Shown: positions 18,501-29,575, counted from the first letter of the stretch. The stretch is 64,000 nucleotides of DNA from an uncultured Erysipelotrichaceae bacterium (GCA_902794075.1 CADBGE010000001.1:76603-140602); one strand, 5' to 3'. Translations and numbers: made by a program. Notes: a model not told the origin generated them from the sequence alone.

Positions 18501-20875
18501 ACTATCAGACAGTATATTTACAGAAAGAATATATTGAATTTCCTAAGACAGCTGAAAAATATCCTGTTTCTATGTATAAACCAATGGCAAGTTACTTGCA
18601 TAAAAATGTTACAACTGATAAAACAAAACTTGATATGGAAAAACCAAACATGGTTACATCTGCGTTTGGTATAGATATGTTAACAACAAGATGTTTTAAT
18701 TGGGTTTCAGCAGGTAATTTTGATGAATATATTTGGATTCGTATAAAAGGAACAGATAATTGGACAAGATTTGAATCTTACAAAGAAAGAACTGCTTCTG
18801 ACACAACTTATTCAGAATATTATAATAAATTAAATAATAATGAATTATCTGTACCATATAGAAAAGAATTTACATATATGACAAATAATGCTGTATATGC
18901 CAGAATTCATAGTCAATTTCCAGGCAGTGGTATAAAATATACTGCGCATAAATGCATTATTAAAATTGTAGACAATGCTGTTACAACAAAAACAGAATAT
19001 GAATATATAGTTGGTCGGGCCGATAAAAATCTTAATCCAGACAATGAACATATTTCAGACATAATGACATTTACATTATATCCTTCTGATTATGAACCAC
19101 GTTTATATCAAACAACAGACCAACAAGGTTTCCACTGGATTGAATATCAGACATGGGCAGCAGCTGCAGATTATATAAATAATATTATTAATGAACAGTC
19201 TCAGGCTGAAAATATAATTCCTGTAGTATTGAACACTGGTGATGCCACACAGAATGGTACGCGTGTAAATGAATGGCTTGATTATTATAATGCAGGAAAG
19301 AATATATTTAATCATTTAGAACAAATGTCAATTGTTGGCAATAATGACTTGTGTGATACAGATGTAACTAAATTAGGAACTGGCGATGACAATGGAAAAT
19401 CAAATGGTTTTTATCATCATATATTTTATTGCTATGAGGTAAGTGAAAAATTAAACAATGACACATATCCTACAGCAGATTCAGATCCAATTGAATTATT
19501 AAATAATAAAGAATTTAAATATTTGCCGCTTGTGAAAGGCAATGATGATGTCATAAGATATATTCCTTCATTTTATTGGTTTGGAAATTCCACATATACA
19601 TTTATGATGATGAATTCAGAGTTAACATATGTTAACTGTGGAAAATGGTTTAAACGAACAATAAAAAATGAAAATATTTCTGATGTTAGTTTACAAGACC
19701 AAACAGTTAATTTATACACTGGTTGGTCCGTTCCAGCGAATACACAGGACATATCTATTTATGACGATAATTTTACAACTATTTATACAATGCTGTATAA
19801 TGTAATAAAAGAACATAAAGAAAATAAAGAAAATAAAAATAAAATTAGTAATCTAATTGTCGCATGTCATGAAATGCCATTCACTGTCGTTACAGCAGCA
19901 AATTTAAAACATTCAACAGCTTCAAATGATAGATCATTAAATGGAACATCGTTGGTAGGATCACATATGAACAAATTAAACAATCTTGATTATAAGTCAA
20001 ATTATTGGTTCTCTAGATTACTTGAGTTCTTTAATGTTAAATTCTGTTATGGCGGACATAAACACACATATGCTATAACAAATGAACTTCGTGAGAACTA
20101 TATATATTATGAAACTAATAATGAAGGAAATAATGTTAAGAAACGCAGTATTGATGGTAAAATGACAATGGAAAATACCCTCAAAAACGACACTGCAGAA
20201 TTTAGTGATACATTAAAAATATTTAATTCTACATCTGTTGAAGAAACGGTGACAGATCCTAAAACTGGTGAGGAACACACTCAAACGCGTCTTTTATCAA
20301 GTAAAATAAAATTTGACGATGACACAGACAATTTGCCTGATAATCAAAAACGTGTTATTGCGTTATCTAAATTCCCTCTAATGAATAAAAAATTAGATTG
20401 TAAATATGAAAAAAATAGTGACGAAACAATAACAAAAGAAATTATTGGAGAAGATGGTATATCATTTCAAAATGATGTTTTATTCCCATACTATGGTGTT
20501 GAGCTTCAAGAAAACGAAGAATTGGGTGGCGTAATATATTTAATGTGTCAGGCAACAGGATTTAAACTTAAATCAAACAAAGAGCTTCCTGGCCCAAATC
20601 AAAAATTTAGTTTTATAATTCCAAAAACGATTGTAGCAGACAGCGGTGACACACCATCTGATGAACAACTTCAGCCAATGTTTACTGAAATTCGTCCAAA
20701 CGAGCGTAAAACATATCTAATGAGATTAAAAAATATACAAAACGGGAAAAAGGTATTGTCTCAAACAGATTATGGAACTAAACCAATATTAGTTGAATAT
20801 TTATATAGAGATATGGAAGACGTTGATATGTATGGTGGATGGACTACAACTAAGAAGCCTGTAGTATCTTGGTAA
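15536..20875 (+). CDS. giant fibre-like protein with lamin-tail domain and calcineurin-like metallophosphoesterase domain
   Basis: 1,779 aa uninterrupted. N-terminal phage-fibre motif VVDAAPQALDTLKELANALNN. LTD-like AYIELENTSNIDYPLDGCYIHF...SGIIPAGGTYLI (about 17.8-18.15 kb). MPE motifs GDATQNG, GNNDLCD and GGHKHTY (about 19.1-20.1 kb). Confidence 0.8.
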   Translation: MANPIKFDIYIGKSGTSGQTPKPVVIPERWKPILALAYAYTTYSINNSELNFAVLTSQVNEHENKINNLENNIAALEILDNDDFIEQINNLSGKIDKLDPDLLKGLAYAYTLLHTEKVHYDSYTYSYVLYEDSIDRSYDYIDSIKDELQYKTNSLNQYVNNEFIKKTDADEKYAYKDNIPTKVSQLENDELFITHSALDNYTTYNYVDKFVNDKITDVVDAAPQALDTLKELANALNNNENFGSYVVNELDKKANISEVQSLIDGMVEQKNDIPIYDSTKIQELTDAGQLPDKYIDIDSGDELLGKTDAGNYLDIIFSTLRALQQEVTKIKNTFNSGIMSLTNEDTHMSEVVNEYSETDEEEPLWAVDPNTLTEISGAEFYLDTAHTLTPTENVTVSTNKLVINNTASWNDNRINLTSGEPTNYLHDNEDAKQYVYITSSTTNIQIQLTNYSDDSKYINIDLSRLNIPVTEAHKYNILLCLSRSVKTTNNTYAGENFVYVIISDYFSGEELLSGYINNGILRNTLQEGRFVGGTLEERRYYISKIDFTDLELYRMTFYSKFQEFNSDVQPSVPLKDDTYSVAHITIRSVQNIAQLKKIKDQLLENELVYNDSNNCIYIIKNNEIKLISGGSNIDPSNDITGMEKDEIISWLAENGIIVTENGGEKLSFNNVGDITFINQLNEKFKFEADSEGKLHSTKINDVSMIQRVSASKMPIDESATEFTNTRGFIGTLREYELNIKPQTTGDNSTDMKLNSDRIKIGNIYAPFKDSQTYGCTHAYIELENTSNIDYPLDGCYIHFARRNNNTEQSVDEYSLPLSGIIPAGGTYLIRCKKYSDIEQANTFIDVDSFDIEWITADGELLDPYLGMQNTFLLTYGCPGKDRDSNSNFNYTVPMTAIGTGKLDKIRVWHPCYIDSVSIIASIKTTDDKTGLTTTTSTWEGWSSSKGFYSNPNKLDALYKTTFELDPAKQAYQGLNAKDSSRVRSNTATDYQTVYLQKEYIEFPKTAEKYPVSMYKPMASYLHKNVTTDKTKLDMEKPNMVTSAFGIDMLTTRCFNWVSAGNFDEYIWIRIKGTDNWTRFESYKERTASDTTYSEYYNKLNNNELSVPYRKEFTYMTNNAVYARIHSQFPGSGIKYTAHKCIIKIVDNAVTTKTEYEYIVGRADKNLNPDNEHISDIMTFTLYPSDYEPRLYQTTDQQGFHWIEYQTWAAAADYINNIINEQSQAENIIPVVLNTGDATQNGTRVNEWLDYYNAGKNIFNHLEQMSIVGNNDLCDTDVTKLGTGDDNGKSNGFYHHIFYCYEVSEKLNNDTYPTADSDPIELLNNKEFKYLPLVKGNDDVIRYIPSFYWFGNSTYTFMMMNSELTYVNCGKWFKRTIKNENISDVSLQDQTVNLYTGWSVPANTQDISIYDDNFTTIYTMLYNVIKEHKENKENKNKISNLIVACHEMPFTVVTAANLKHSTASNDRSLNGTSLVGSHMNKLNNLDYKSNYWFSRLLEFFNVKFCYGGHKHTYAITNELRENYIYYETNNEGNNVKKRSIDGKMTMENTLKNDTAEFSDTLKIFNSTSVEETVTDPKTGEEHTQTRLLSSKIKFDDDTDNLPDNQKRVIALSKFPLMNKKLDCKYEKNSDETITKEIIGEDGISFQNDVLFPYYGVELQENEELGGVIYLMCQATGFKLKSNKELPGPNQKFSFIIPKTIVADSGDTPSDEQLQPMFTEIRPNERKTYLMRLKNIQNGKKVLSQTDYGTKPILVEYLYRDMEDVDMYGGWTTTKKPVVSW

Positions 20876-20954
20876 AAAATTAATTACATCTATATAAATA
20901 TCTAAAATATTTAAAACATTAATGAACTAAATATAAGTAAAATAGTACTTAATT

Positions 20955-23900
20955 ATGAAATTACACGAAAATGGAAATACATCCTATATAATTAATGACA
21001 CTGACATTAAAATGACTGGTGATGAATTAGGATTAAATGCCGGTTATACATTAAAAACAGTATTAAATGATCATTCAAAAAAGATTGAAAAACTGGAGTC
21101 AAATGTAAAATGGATGTATAGATATGGGGCACTTGGATCCGGAGGAACTGGGTCAGGATCAGGAAATGGCTCAACATCAAAATTAACTGTTCAAATATTT
21201 AAAGACGGTATTCAACCAATATCGCCAGGAACAAAGTTAATGTATCCAGGTGAGGATTATTATAAATTTAGAGTTGAAATTCATGGTGGTGGTTCAGATA
21301 CATTTCAAATTAAGTATTATTATAACAACGGTAAAGTTTTAACACGTGTTGTTTCAAAAGATAATGAATTCACAAATGAAGAATCTTTAAAATTAGAAGG
21401 AAATAACGAACTTACAATAACTATAAAAAATCAATCAACTGGAGATTTTTATAAGGTAAATGACTCACCTAACCTAACATTTCAATACATTACTTCTGCA
21501 TATAATATTTCTGCTAATTATGTAAAAGGATATGATTATGTAAATGAAAATAATATAAGATATGAACGTTTTACGCCGAACAATAATATAATATTCATAT
21601 CTGATATAGCAGATACTGGTTTAATGATAGCATTAAATTATAATATAGCAGTTAATTTGACTGATTCAAAAACATACATTGAGTATAATGATTGGGAAGA
21701 TAGAAACATACTAATAAATAATAATGGTATGACAATTAAATATCTTGATGCCAATAACATAGAAAGAACTGACCATACAGAATTTGATTTGAAATTAAAA
21801 TCCAATAGTGCGGGAATATTGTATTTACCGTTAGCTAATGATATACGAAATTATTTATCTGAAGATTCAGCTTCATTTAAACAAGTAACAATAAAAATAT
21901 ATTCACAACTTGCTGATGATGTTTCTGATGAATTATCTTTATTAGGTTCATTTAACTTTAATGACAATCTTATTCCAAATGGATTATTTCTAAATATTAG
22001 AACGTCTGCTGGTAAATTATATAGAAATTCAAATTCTGCTGATACTGCAAATGATGAAAATCAAATAACTGGCGGTGATATTTTATTTAAAGTTACTCCA
22101 TATAACGGATCATTAGTTCCAACTCGTCTTTATCAATTGTCCGTAAATGTATATGATAATAACAATCAGCGTATTTATACATCAAAACAACAAACATTGA
22201 GTGAACAAAAAGAAGCAGACGTTATTATATCAATATCTGAACCCGGTGTAAAGAAATTGGAATTTAATTTAGCATTTAATGGAGTTGTGACAACATATGC
22301 ATATTTTATAAAAATTAAAGAATTTATATCTAATTTTGAATGGTACCCAAATATATATGTTGATGATTTATATAAAGAAACTCAAATACTTGAACCGTAT
22401 TTTAATGCAGAATATAAAAGAAACTTTGAAAATAAGAATATTTCTTCTGATGAAATATTTATATCTCCAAAGTCTAACATTCAAATGACATCAAACGACA
22501 TTCCAAGAACAATATACTTTAATTATGGAGAAAAATATAATAATGTTCAATTAAATTATTATGATCTATTGTTCAGTCTTGGTATTCAATATTCATCAAT
22601 AAACAATACAAAAAATCCAATTCTTTCATTAAACATTTCAACATCAACAAGTGAATCAAAATCAGAATTCACAATATTTTTATATCAAGATAAAGTATCT
22701 ATTTCTACATCAAAAACAAATGTCACAAATTATGAAAATATTCAATTATCTTCAAAGAACATAGATATTTTCTTACCTATAGAGGATACTTATGAACCAG
22801 CCACAGCAGAAAAATATCATCTATTTAATATATATAAAAGATTTGAGACATTAAATGGAACAAATTATTGGAAAAGTATTAATGCATATATAGATGGTGT
22901 ACTTGACGGTGCACTTAATGAATTTGTTGGTGATAATTTAAAATATGATTCATTAACATTATATCCTGGAAACTATTCAATAAATCTTTTTGAGTTATCA
23001 TTATTTAATCATACAAATTTGTCTTATGATGAAATAAACAAAAGAACATGGTTAACCGATCTTGATATAAACAGATATTATAAGGCATATAATGAAAAAA
23101 TAATATATAGAAGTAAAATATATAATCAAAATGACTTTGCTCTATTTGAAAGATTTAGTCAATTTAGGATAGACGATAAAAATAGAGTAATTGTTGATGA
23201 TGACTCAGCTCAAAATATATCTAAATTAGTAAATTGTGCTGTTATGCAATTATACTTTGATGATAATGGAACAGGTATAGGAGAATTTAATTCTCATAAC
23301 ACTGATAATTTTATAAAATGGTTTGAACGTAGTTATGAAGAAAATGAACGAACTGTTTCAAATATTCCTGTTACAGTTGAATATTCATCTGGAGACAGCA
23401 CTGGTTTGCACAATGTGACTATGCCTGACGGCCAAATAGCAACATTTTCAATAAATATTCAAGGTTCATCAACAAAAACATTTAGAGACAAAAATCTTGA
23501 GTTATATGCTCCAGCATCTTCTTTCAAAGACGGTATAAAATATGATTATATATATTCTCCAAATATATGTAAAAACACATCATCATCAAATTATCATGAT
23601 TCATTTTTACCAGAAAGTTCATTCACATTAAAAGCAGATGTTGTGGACTCATCCCATACAAACAATAATGCAATTGGTAAATTTGTAAATGATAACACAA
23701 CGCCATTTGGACAGGCACGAAATAATTTAAATCAACATGGCACTGTGCATACAGCAAATATTAAAAACACACTTATTGGTTTTCCTGTTTTGTTGTTTAT
23801 GCACACAAGATACCAAATATATACAGAAACAAATGTTGCTACTGGAACATATAAAAATACTTATTATTTCTTAGGAATATATAACTTTAACCTTGGACGA

Positions 23901-26900
23901 AATTCTTCATATAATTTGGGATATAAAGATATTGCTAATATTGAACCTCTTATTGATGCTAATGAAAAAGATAATGATTTTGTAATTTATGAAATAGAAG
24001 AATCAAAAAATACACAAATAGACAATGTTGTTGGCGCAGAAATTCAGGGAAATAATATGTTCTTTGATTTTTCTCAATATAACGACAATACAGTATTATT
24101 TGATCCAAACTTTGGTATGTGGGCTGATTTTATAGGCAATAATGAAGAAAATATATTGCAAGGCTATATAAAAAATCTTTGTAGGGATGTTGCTTATGCC
24201 GGTGGATACGTGTTTAATATGGTTGGAAAACATATGTCTGAAGATCTATCAGATATGTATGGGTATGATGCAATGTATTCAAAAACGACAACAGATGAAA
24301 ATGGTAAAACACTTGAATGGGTTCCAAATTACCATTATCAGGTAAAGTATGAAGCAACCGTCGGTACAGAACGAACATATAGTTTTATAAAAGATTCATA
24401 TAATGGAACAGAAACAAATCTTCTTAGATTAATACTTCAATATGAAAATGATACTACTCAGTTAATGACACCTCCACGAATTGATTTTACATCAGTTTCA
24501 GAGTATTTCACAACTATGATGGCAATGGGTCTTGTTGATTCTCCAATGAAAAATCTAAATGTAAAATCATGGAACAATGGTCAAACATTTTACACTGCGT
24601 TTTATGATATGGACACAGGTCTTGGAAAAAACAATATAGGTACATATATAAATTATTTTGCATTTTCTGATTATTGGAAATCCAAATGGGAAAAATTAAA
24701 AAATCAACAGTCAGGAACATTAAAGCAGGTAGAAATATTAAGAGATTATTCTCCAGAAAAATTAGATGGTGATGATAAAGGTGGTTCTTCGTTTTTTGAC
24801 GTTCCGTCTACATATTTGTTTGCTGTTGTTAAATATACTAAATCTATATTATCAAGAGGTTATAAAAAAATAGAGGATGTATTAAAAGATTTTGAAAATT
24901 ATTCAAGCATATTTGAAAAAGATCCTTCAAATATATGGGGAGAATGGAGAAAAAGTAACGGTTGTTTAAGAGATGCTAAATATTTTATGAAAACATATTT
25001 TAATGATCATCTTAAAGACATACCTGAGGAGGCATTTAATTTTAATTATATATATAAATATTTTGTAAAAAATGAATCTAATAACGGTTACGATGGCGTT
25101 AATTTCATTAAATTCCATGGCAGAGGAAAGGCATACACGGAAAATTGGTTAGATTCACGTTTGCACATTCTTGATGCATATTTCAATTTAAATGGTATTG
25201 ATGACACTATAAACATTGTGAATGGTGTTGAAATTAAAGCAGCAACAGTTGATAATGCACATAAGCCAACAGATAATAAGGATGTATATGTATTACAGGA
25301 TGCATTCACTGGCAGTGCTGATCATGGTGCATACACAAAAGAAAGTAATGGAAATTTAACAATAACAGCAAAGGAATATGCTCCATTAATAATTCAATAT
25401 CCTCAGTTAAAGGAACGTTATTTGTTTCCATCAAATGGTAATCCGTCAGAAATCACTTTAAAGTTTTATAGTCCTCAAACGTGTCTGTTTGGTGGCTCTG
25501 GATTATGGACATCAATAAGTTCTATTGCACCATTTATAAATGATAAAAATTACTTTTCAATTTATTCTAAATATATATCTACTATAATTGGTACAAATAG
25601 AACATGTACAAGTTGGAATTTTGAAGCTCCATCATTAAGAATACTTAGATTAACTTCAAATAATTATAGTGGTGAAATTAGATTTGAATCTACTGATTCT
25701 GCTCCAGAATATCAAAACTTGGATGAAATAGATATATCTAATACGGGAATAAATCTTTCATTAAGTAATATTCCACTTCGTAAATTATATGCGCTTAATA
25801 TGAAGACTGGTGCGAATCTTAATGCAATAGGTTGTAACCGTCTTGAGGATGTTAAAATATCAGGTAACTTTAATTCAATATCTTTAAGTTCATGGAATAA
25901 TGTATCGGCTTTACCGACAGGAGGAAATTTAACTTGTGAAACAATATCAATAACTAATGATATAGAAAGATTTCCTGATGCGTCATTATATATATCAAAT
26001 AATAGTGAATTAAAAACAATCAATATTTCAGGATTTAGTCATTTATATATTAGCGCATGTCCAAAGTTAACAACAATTATATTTAATGATATAGAAACAT
26101 CCCCAATAAAAACTTTGGATATACAAATGCCTTCATTTAACGATGAAAACACATTTACAATTGGCAATACTGAAAATGCTGTAGATTTGTCAAATTTCAA
26201 TAATTTAACTACATTAAGACTTTCTAATCTACCGATAAAAGATTTACTATTACCGACAGGTACAGAAAATCTTGATGACGGATTTAGAAAAATAATTCTT
26301 CTGCCAGGTGCATTTTATAATTGTAAAAATCTTGAAACAATACAAAATGAAGATCACAGCGAATCTAAATTAAATAAATTATATATAACCGGAGATTCAA
26401 CATTCTTTAATTGTGGATCACATTCAGCAAACGGATATAAATTAATTAAATATGGTAAATCTGAAATATCAAATGTATATATTGATGAAACATGTATATC
26501 ATTAAAAGATACATTTAATTGTACAGATGGAAAAGGCAAAATAACATATGCTGTAGCAAAACAATTCTTACAAGAAAGATGCACAAATAGTTCTGTTGAG
26601 AATGTAACGACCATTGACAATATGTTCAGAAATAATGTAATTGAATATAATTATGCTAATTTTTATTCTGAATATTTAAGTAAAACATGTTCTTTACCAT
26701 TATACGGCTTTATAAATTGCGTTTCAGCAAATGACGTATTTTCATTAAACTCTATTAATTTCTGGAATAGATATATGTTTGAAAATGCTGATAAATCATT
26801 ATCATTATTTAAAAATTCTGACGTATTAAATCTTACTACAATGTGCAATACATTTGAATATGGAACTATAGATATATTATATCCATTTATAAATAAAACA

Positions 26901-29339
26901 ATTTCTATTGATTTCAAACAGCAAAATAATATAATGATCTATAATCCATCTGCATTATCTGCATATTCGACTTATAGTAAACTTATATTAAACAATATAT
27001 TTGATGACAGTTATAAAAATAACGAATCTGAAAATATACATCCAAATAAAATAATATCAATAAGTAATTTTACTATATCATCAACATATAGATCTGCTGG
27101 AGGATCATCAAATTCACAAAAATTTGATTTCACTGGATTGTTTGATAATAATAAAGAAAATATTGATGATTATGTTTGGACAGCTGCAGCTAAAAATGGA
27201 ATAATACTCCAAAACTTTATGAATTCTACATACAAGATAGACAATTATAATTCATCAAGTGTAAATATATTATTTAAGAATATTGTTCCAACATTAATTA
27301 TAAATTCATTTGGATCATTCATTTCATCTGAAAATGATATATTGAATATTTATACAATGTTCAATTGGGATAAAGTAAAAGAAAAAACAGTCAATCTATT
27401 TAGTGCTTCATATTCAGGGTCACCAAATATATCTTTCGGTGGAATTAATAATGTTAAGAAATGTTCATATAGTGAATTTAATGAAATATGGAATAAATTA
27501 ATAGAATCTACTAAATTAGCAGGAATTAGTTCAATATTCACTGATGCTATTATAACAGATGATGATTGGAACAATAAAGAATTTAAGTTATCTAATTCAT
27601 TAATAATAAATGAATCAATAACTACAGTTCCATCATTATTTAAAAACATCAAATTAATGGACACAAATCTTGAAAACGGACCATATCCAATTGACATAAG
27701 ATCAAGATTGTTTAAAAATCTAAAAAATATAAAATATGTACCTTCATTGTTTGAAAATACATATATGAAACATGCTATTCCGTTTGATGTATTTGCAAAA
27801 CGAAAGAAATCATCTTCACAACAGTCATGTTTTGTTAAAGTTTCAAATAATGGTAATGATTCAGATTATGAGCCAGGAAAAATAATACAATATGATTATG
27901 ATAATACTATTATAAATATGAATAGAACATTTTATAATATATCATTTGAAAACAAAACACTGGCAACATTTAGACACAATAATATAGATCATAACTATAA
28001 TGCATTTGAAAGAAATTATGCATATGCTGTTTCAGATCAGTCAACAAAATATTATAAATTCTACAAAAAAGAAAATGATGTATGGGTCGAGTACGATATT
28101 GAACAGCCATTAGAAATACAAGATATTGATAAATTATGGTGTGATCATAAAGATATTGATTTAATCAAATCTGATGTTAAGGAATATACTATACCAAATG
28201 TATATAAGTCAACGTATTCTAAAGATATAACTGACTATTCTAAAAATGGTACAGGATATTTTAATTTAGATAATTTCTGCGACACAGAAGATTGTGGCTT
28301 TGTTGTGTCTCCAGATATTTTTAGATGTTGCGATAAATCATGTACAATAACAGATGCTTTAAAATTTGATAGAGGAAACAATTTAGATCCTGTCATAATG
28401 ACTGGAATGATGCCACCATCAATATTTAAAACTGATTATTTAAGAACAATCAACTTTGAAGGAACATTCAGTGGACTTAACGTATCTCCAATTGAAATGA
28501 CATATTATGACATAGATGAAATAACTGTTGGTGGAGTACGTTCATTAGACAATTATATAGAGGAAAAAACATGTACAAGATATAATACTTATTATCAGTA
28601 TATTTTAGATAATTTTACTGAAAGAGATAGTTTATCAAATTCTTTTAATTTTACATTATTGTTACCTAAAAGTACATCAACATATGTTGAGGAAGGTTTA
28701 ATAGTATATGAAAAAACAAGAAATTCACAAATGTTCTTTATGTTCAGTGACAAATCAATCTCAAAAAATACGCAAAGATTATCTTCAACACTTCCTACTG
28801 ATTATAATAAGAAAATTTTAGAGGATTACAAAGAACAGGGCGAAAGTGAAAATCTTCGTATGCATTATTATTATATGATAGATAATGGCATATATTTTAA
28901 TATTATGTATTCATTTATTGATACATTAGACAATGATGAAAATGTAATAAAAACATTTATGACGGGCATAGACAAAAATACATTTAGATATTTAATGTTT
29001 GATAATCTTATTTCCTCAGATATTGCTAAGATATATAAAGGAAATATATTATCATCTAATAACTCATGGTCTCAATCTAATGTCACAAATGATTCATCTA
29101 CTGTATTTTATCAGGTTGGTGGAAACAACACAGGATTTATTGGTTTATCTTTAAATGCTGTGATACAAGCTGAATATAGCAATCGTGGTTGGTTCCCAAG
29201 AAACGGTAATGGATATATCATCAATAAAAAATCATTGCCATCACAATTTGAATATAATAATAGTTACATAGAACAATATTGGTCAAATTATAATTTCATG
29301 AATTATAAATTGTATGCTCCAAATAATGTTGTTATTTAA
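20955..29339 (+). CDS. giant protein (2,794 aa), function unknown, with a central LRR-like region
   Basis: Uninterrupted 8.4-kb ORF, ATG start. Gly-rich stretch GALGSGGTGSGSGNGS near the N-terminus. Leucine-rich-repeat-like block (LRILRLTSNN...NLDEIDISNTGINLSLSNIPLRKLYALNM...) near 25.6-26.3 kb. Confidence 0.8.
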   Translation: MKLHENGNTSYIINDTDIKMTGDELGLNAGYTLKTVLNDHSKKIEKLESNVKWMYRYGALGSGGTGSGSGNGSTSKLTVQIFKDGIQPISPGTKLMYPGEDYYKFRVEIHGGGSDTFQIKYYYNNGKVLTRVVSKDNEFTNEESLKLEGNNELTITIKNQSTGDFYKVNDSPNLTFQYITSAYNISANYVKGYDYVNENNIRYERFTPNNNIIFISDIADTGLMIALNYNIAVNLTDSKTYIEYNDWEDRNILINNNGMTIKYLDANNIERTDHTEFDLKLKSNSAGILYLPLANDIRNYLSEDSASFKQVTIKIYSQLADDVSDELSLLGSFNFNDNLIPNGLFLNIRTSAGKLYRNSNSADTANDENQITGGDILFKVTPYNGSLVPTRLYQLSVNVYDNNNQRIYTSKQQTLSEQKEADVIISISEPGVKKLEFNLAFNGVVTTYAYFIKIKEFISNFEWYPNIYVDDLYKETQILEPYFNAEYKRNFENKNISSDEIFISPKSNIQMTSNDIPRTIYFNYGEKYNNVQLNYYDLLFSLGIQYSSINNTKNPILSLNISTSTSESKSEFTIFLYQDKVSISTSKTNVTNYENIQLSSKNIDIFLPIEDTYEPATAEKYHLFNIYKRFETLNGTNYWKSINAYIDGVLDGALNEFVGDNLKYDSLTLYPGNYSINLFELSLFNHTNLSYDEINKRTWLTDLDINRYYKAYNEKIIYRSKIYNQNDFALFERFSQFRIDDKNRVIVDDDSAQNISKLVNCAVMQLYFDDNGTGIGEFNSHNTDNFIKWFERSYEENERTVSNIPVTVEYSSGDSTGLHNVTMPDGQIATFSINIQGSSTKTFRDKNLELYAPASSFKDGIKYDYIYSPNICKNTSSSNYHDSFLPESSFTLKADVVDSSHTNNNAIGKFVNDNTTPFGQARNNLNQHGTVHTANIKNTLIGFPVLLFMHTRYQIYTETNVATGTYKNTYYFLGIYNFNLGRNSSYNLGYKDIANIEPLIDANEKDNDFVIYEIEESKNTQIDNVVGAEIQGNNMFFDFSQYNDNTVLFDPNFGMWADFIGNNEENILQGYIKNLCRDVAYAGGYVFNMVGKHMSEDLSDMYGYDAMYSKTTTDENGKTLEWVPNYHYQVKYEATVGTERTYSFIKDSYNGTETNLLRLILQYENDTTQLMTPPRIDFTSVSEYFTTMMAMGLVDSPMKNLNVKSWNNGQTFYTAFYDMDTGLGKNNIGTYINYFAFSDYWKSKWEKLKNQQSGTLKQVEILRDYSPEKLDGDDKGGSSFFDVPSTYLFAVVKYTKSILSRGYKKIEDVLKDFENYSSIFEKDPSNIWGEWRKSNGCLRDAKYFMKTYFNDHLKDIPEEAFNFNYIYKYFVKNESNNGYDGVNFIKFHGRGKAYTENWLDSRLHILDAYFNLNGIDDTINIVNGVEIKAATVDNAHKPTDNKDVYVLQDAFTGSADHGAYTKESNGNLTITAKEYAPLIIQYPQLKERYLFPSNGNPSEITLKFYSPQTCLFGGSGLWTSISSIAPFINDKNYFSIYSKYISTIIGTNRTCTSWNFEAPSLRILRLTSNNYSGEIRFESTDSAPEYQNLDEIDISNTGINLSLSNIPLRKLYALNMKTGANLNAIGCNRLEDVKISGNFNSISLSSWNNVSALPTGGNLTCETISITNDIERFPDASLYISNNSELKTINISGFSHLYISACPKLTTIIFNDIETSPIKTLDIQMPSFNDENTFTIGNTENAVDLSNFNNLTTLRLSNLPIKDLLLPTGTENLDDGFRKIILLPGAFYNCKNLETIQNEDHSESKLNKLYITGDSTFFNCGSHSANGYKLIKYGKSEISNVYIDETCISLKDTFNCTDGKGKITYAVAKQFLQERCTNSSVENVTTIDNMFRNNVIEYNYANFYSEYLSKTCSLPLYGFINCVSANDVFSLNSINFWNRYMFENADKSLSLFKNSDVLNLTTMCNTFEYGTIDILYPFINKTISIDFKQQNNIMIYNPSALSAYSTYSKLILNNIFDDSYKNNESENIHPNKIISISNFTISSTYRSAGGSSNSQKFDFTGLFDNNKENIDDYVWTAAAKNGIILQNFMNSTYKIDNYNSSSVNILFKNIVPTLIINSFGSFISSENDILNIYTMFNWDKVKEKTVNLFSASYSGSPNISFGGINNVKKCSYSEFNEIWNKLIESTKLAGISSIFTDAIITDDDWNNKEFKLSNSLIINESITTVPSLFKNIKLMDTNLENGPYPIDIRSRLFKNLKNIKYVPSLFENTYMKHAIPFDVFAKRKKSSSQQSCFVKVSNNGNDSDYEPGKIIQYDYDNTIINMNRTFYNISFENKTLATFRHNNIDHNYNAFERNYAYAVSDQSTKYYKFYKKENDVWVEYDIEQPLEIQDIDKLWCDHKDIDLIKSDVKEYTIPNVYKSTYSKDITDYSKNGTGYFNLDNFCDTEDCGFVVSPDIFRCCDKSCTITDALKFDRGNNLDPVIMTGMMPPSIFKTDYLRTINFEGTFSGLNVSPIEMTYYDIDEITVGGVRSLDNYIEEKTCTRYNTYYQYILDNFTERDSLSNSFNFTLLLPKSTSTYVEEGLIVYEKTRNSQMFFMFSDKSISKNTQRLSSTLPTDYNKKILEDYKEQGESENLRMHYYYMIDNGIYFNIMYSFIDTLDNDENVIKTFMTGIDKNTFRYLMFDNLISSDIAKIYKGNILSSNNSWSQSNVTNDSSTVFYQVGGNNTGFIGLSLNAVIQAEYSNRGWFPRNGNGYIINKKSLPSQFEYNNSYIEQYWSNYNFMNYKLYAPNNVVI

Positions 29340-29575
29340 AGTATAAAAAAGTTCATAGAACATCATCCATGAACATCAAAAATGGCAACTATATAATTTA
29401 TTAAAATGATTATAAAAAGTTACTAGATGATGATCTAGATATAGTCTAAGATGTTCTAAGATACATAGTATACTTTAAAATATTTTAAAACTTTTTAACA
29501 TTTTTTATTTTTAAATAAAGGATAAAATATAAAGGTGAGAATATATCATAAACATATTTATATTTATTTTTCATA

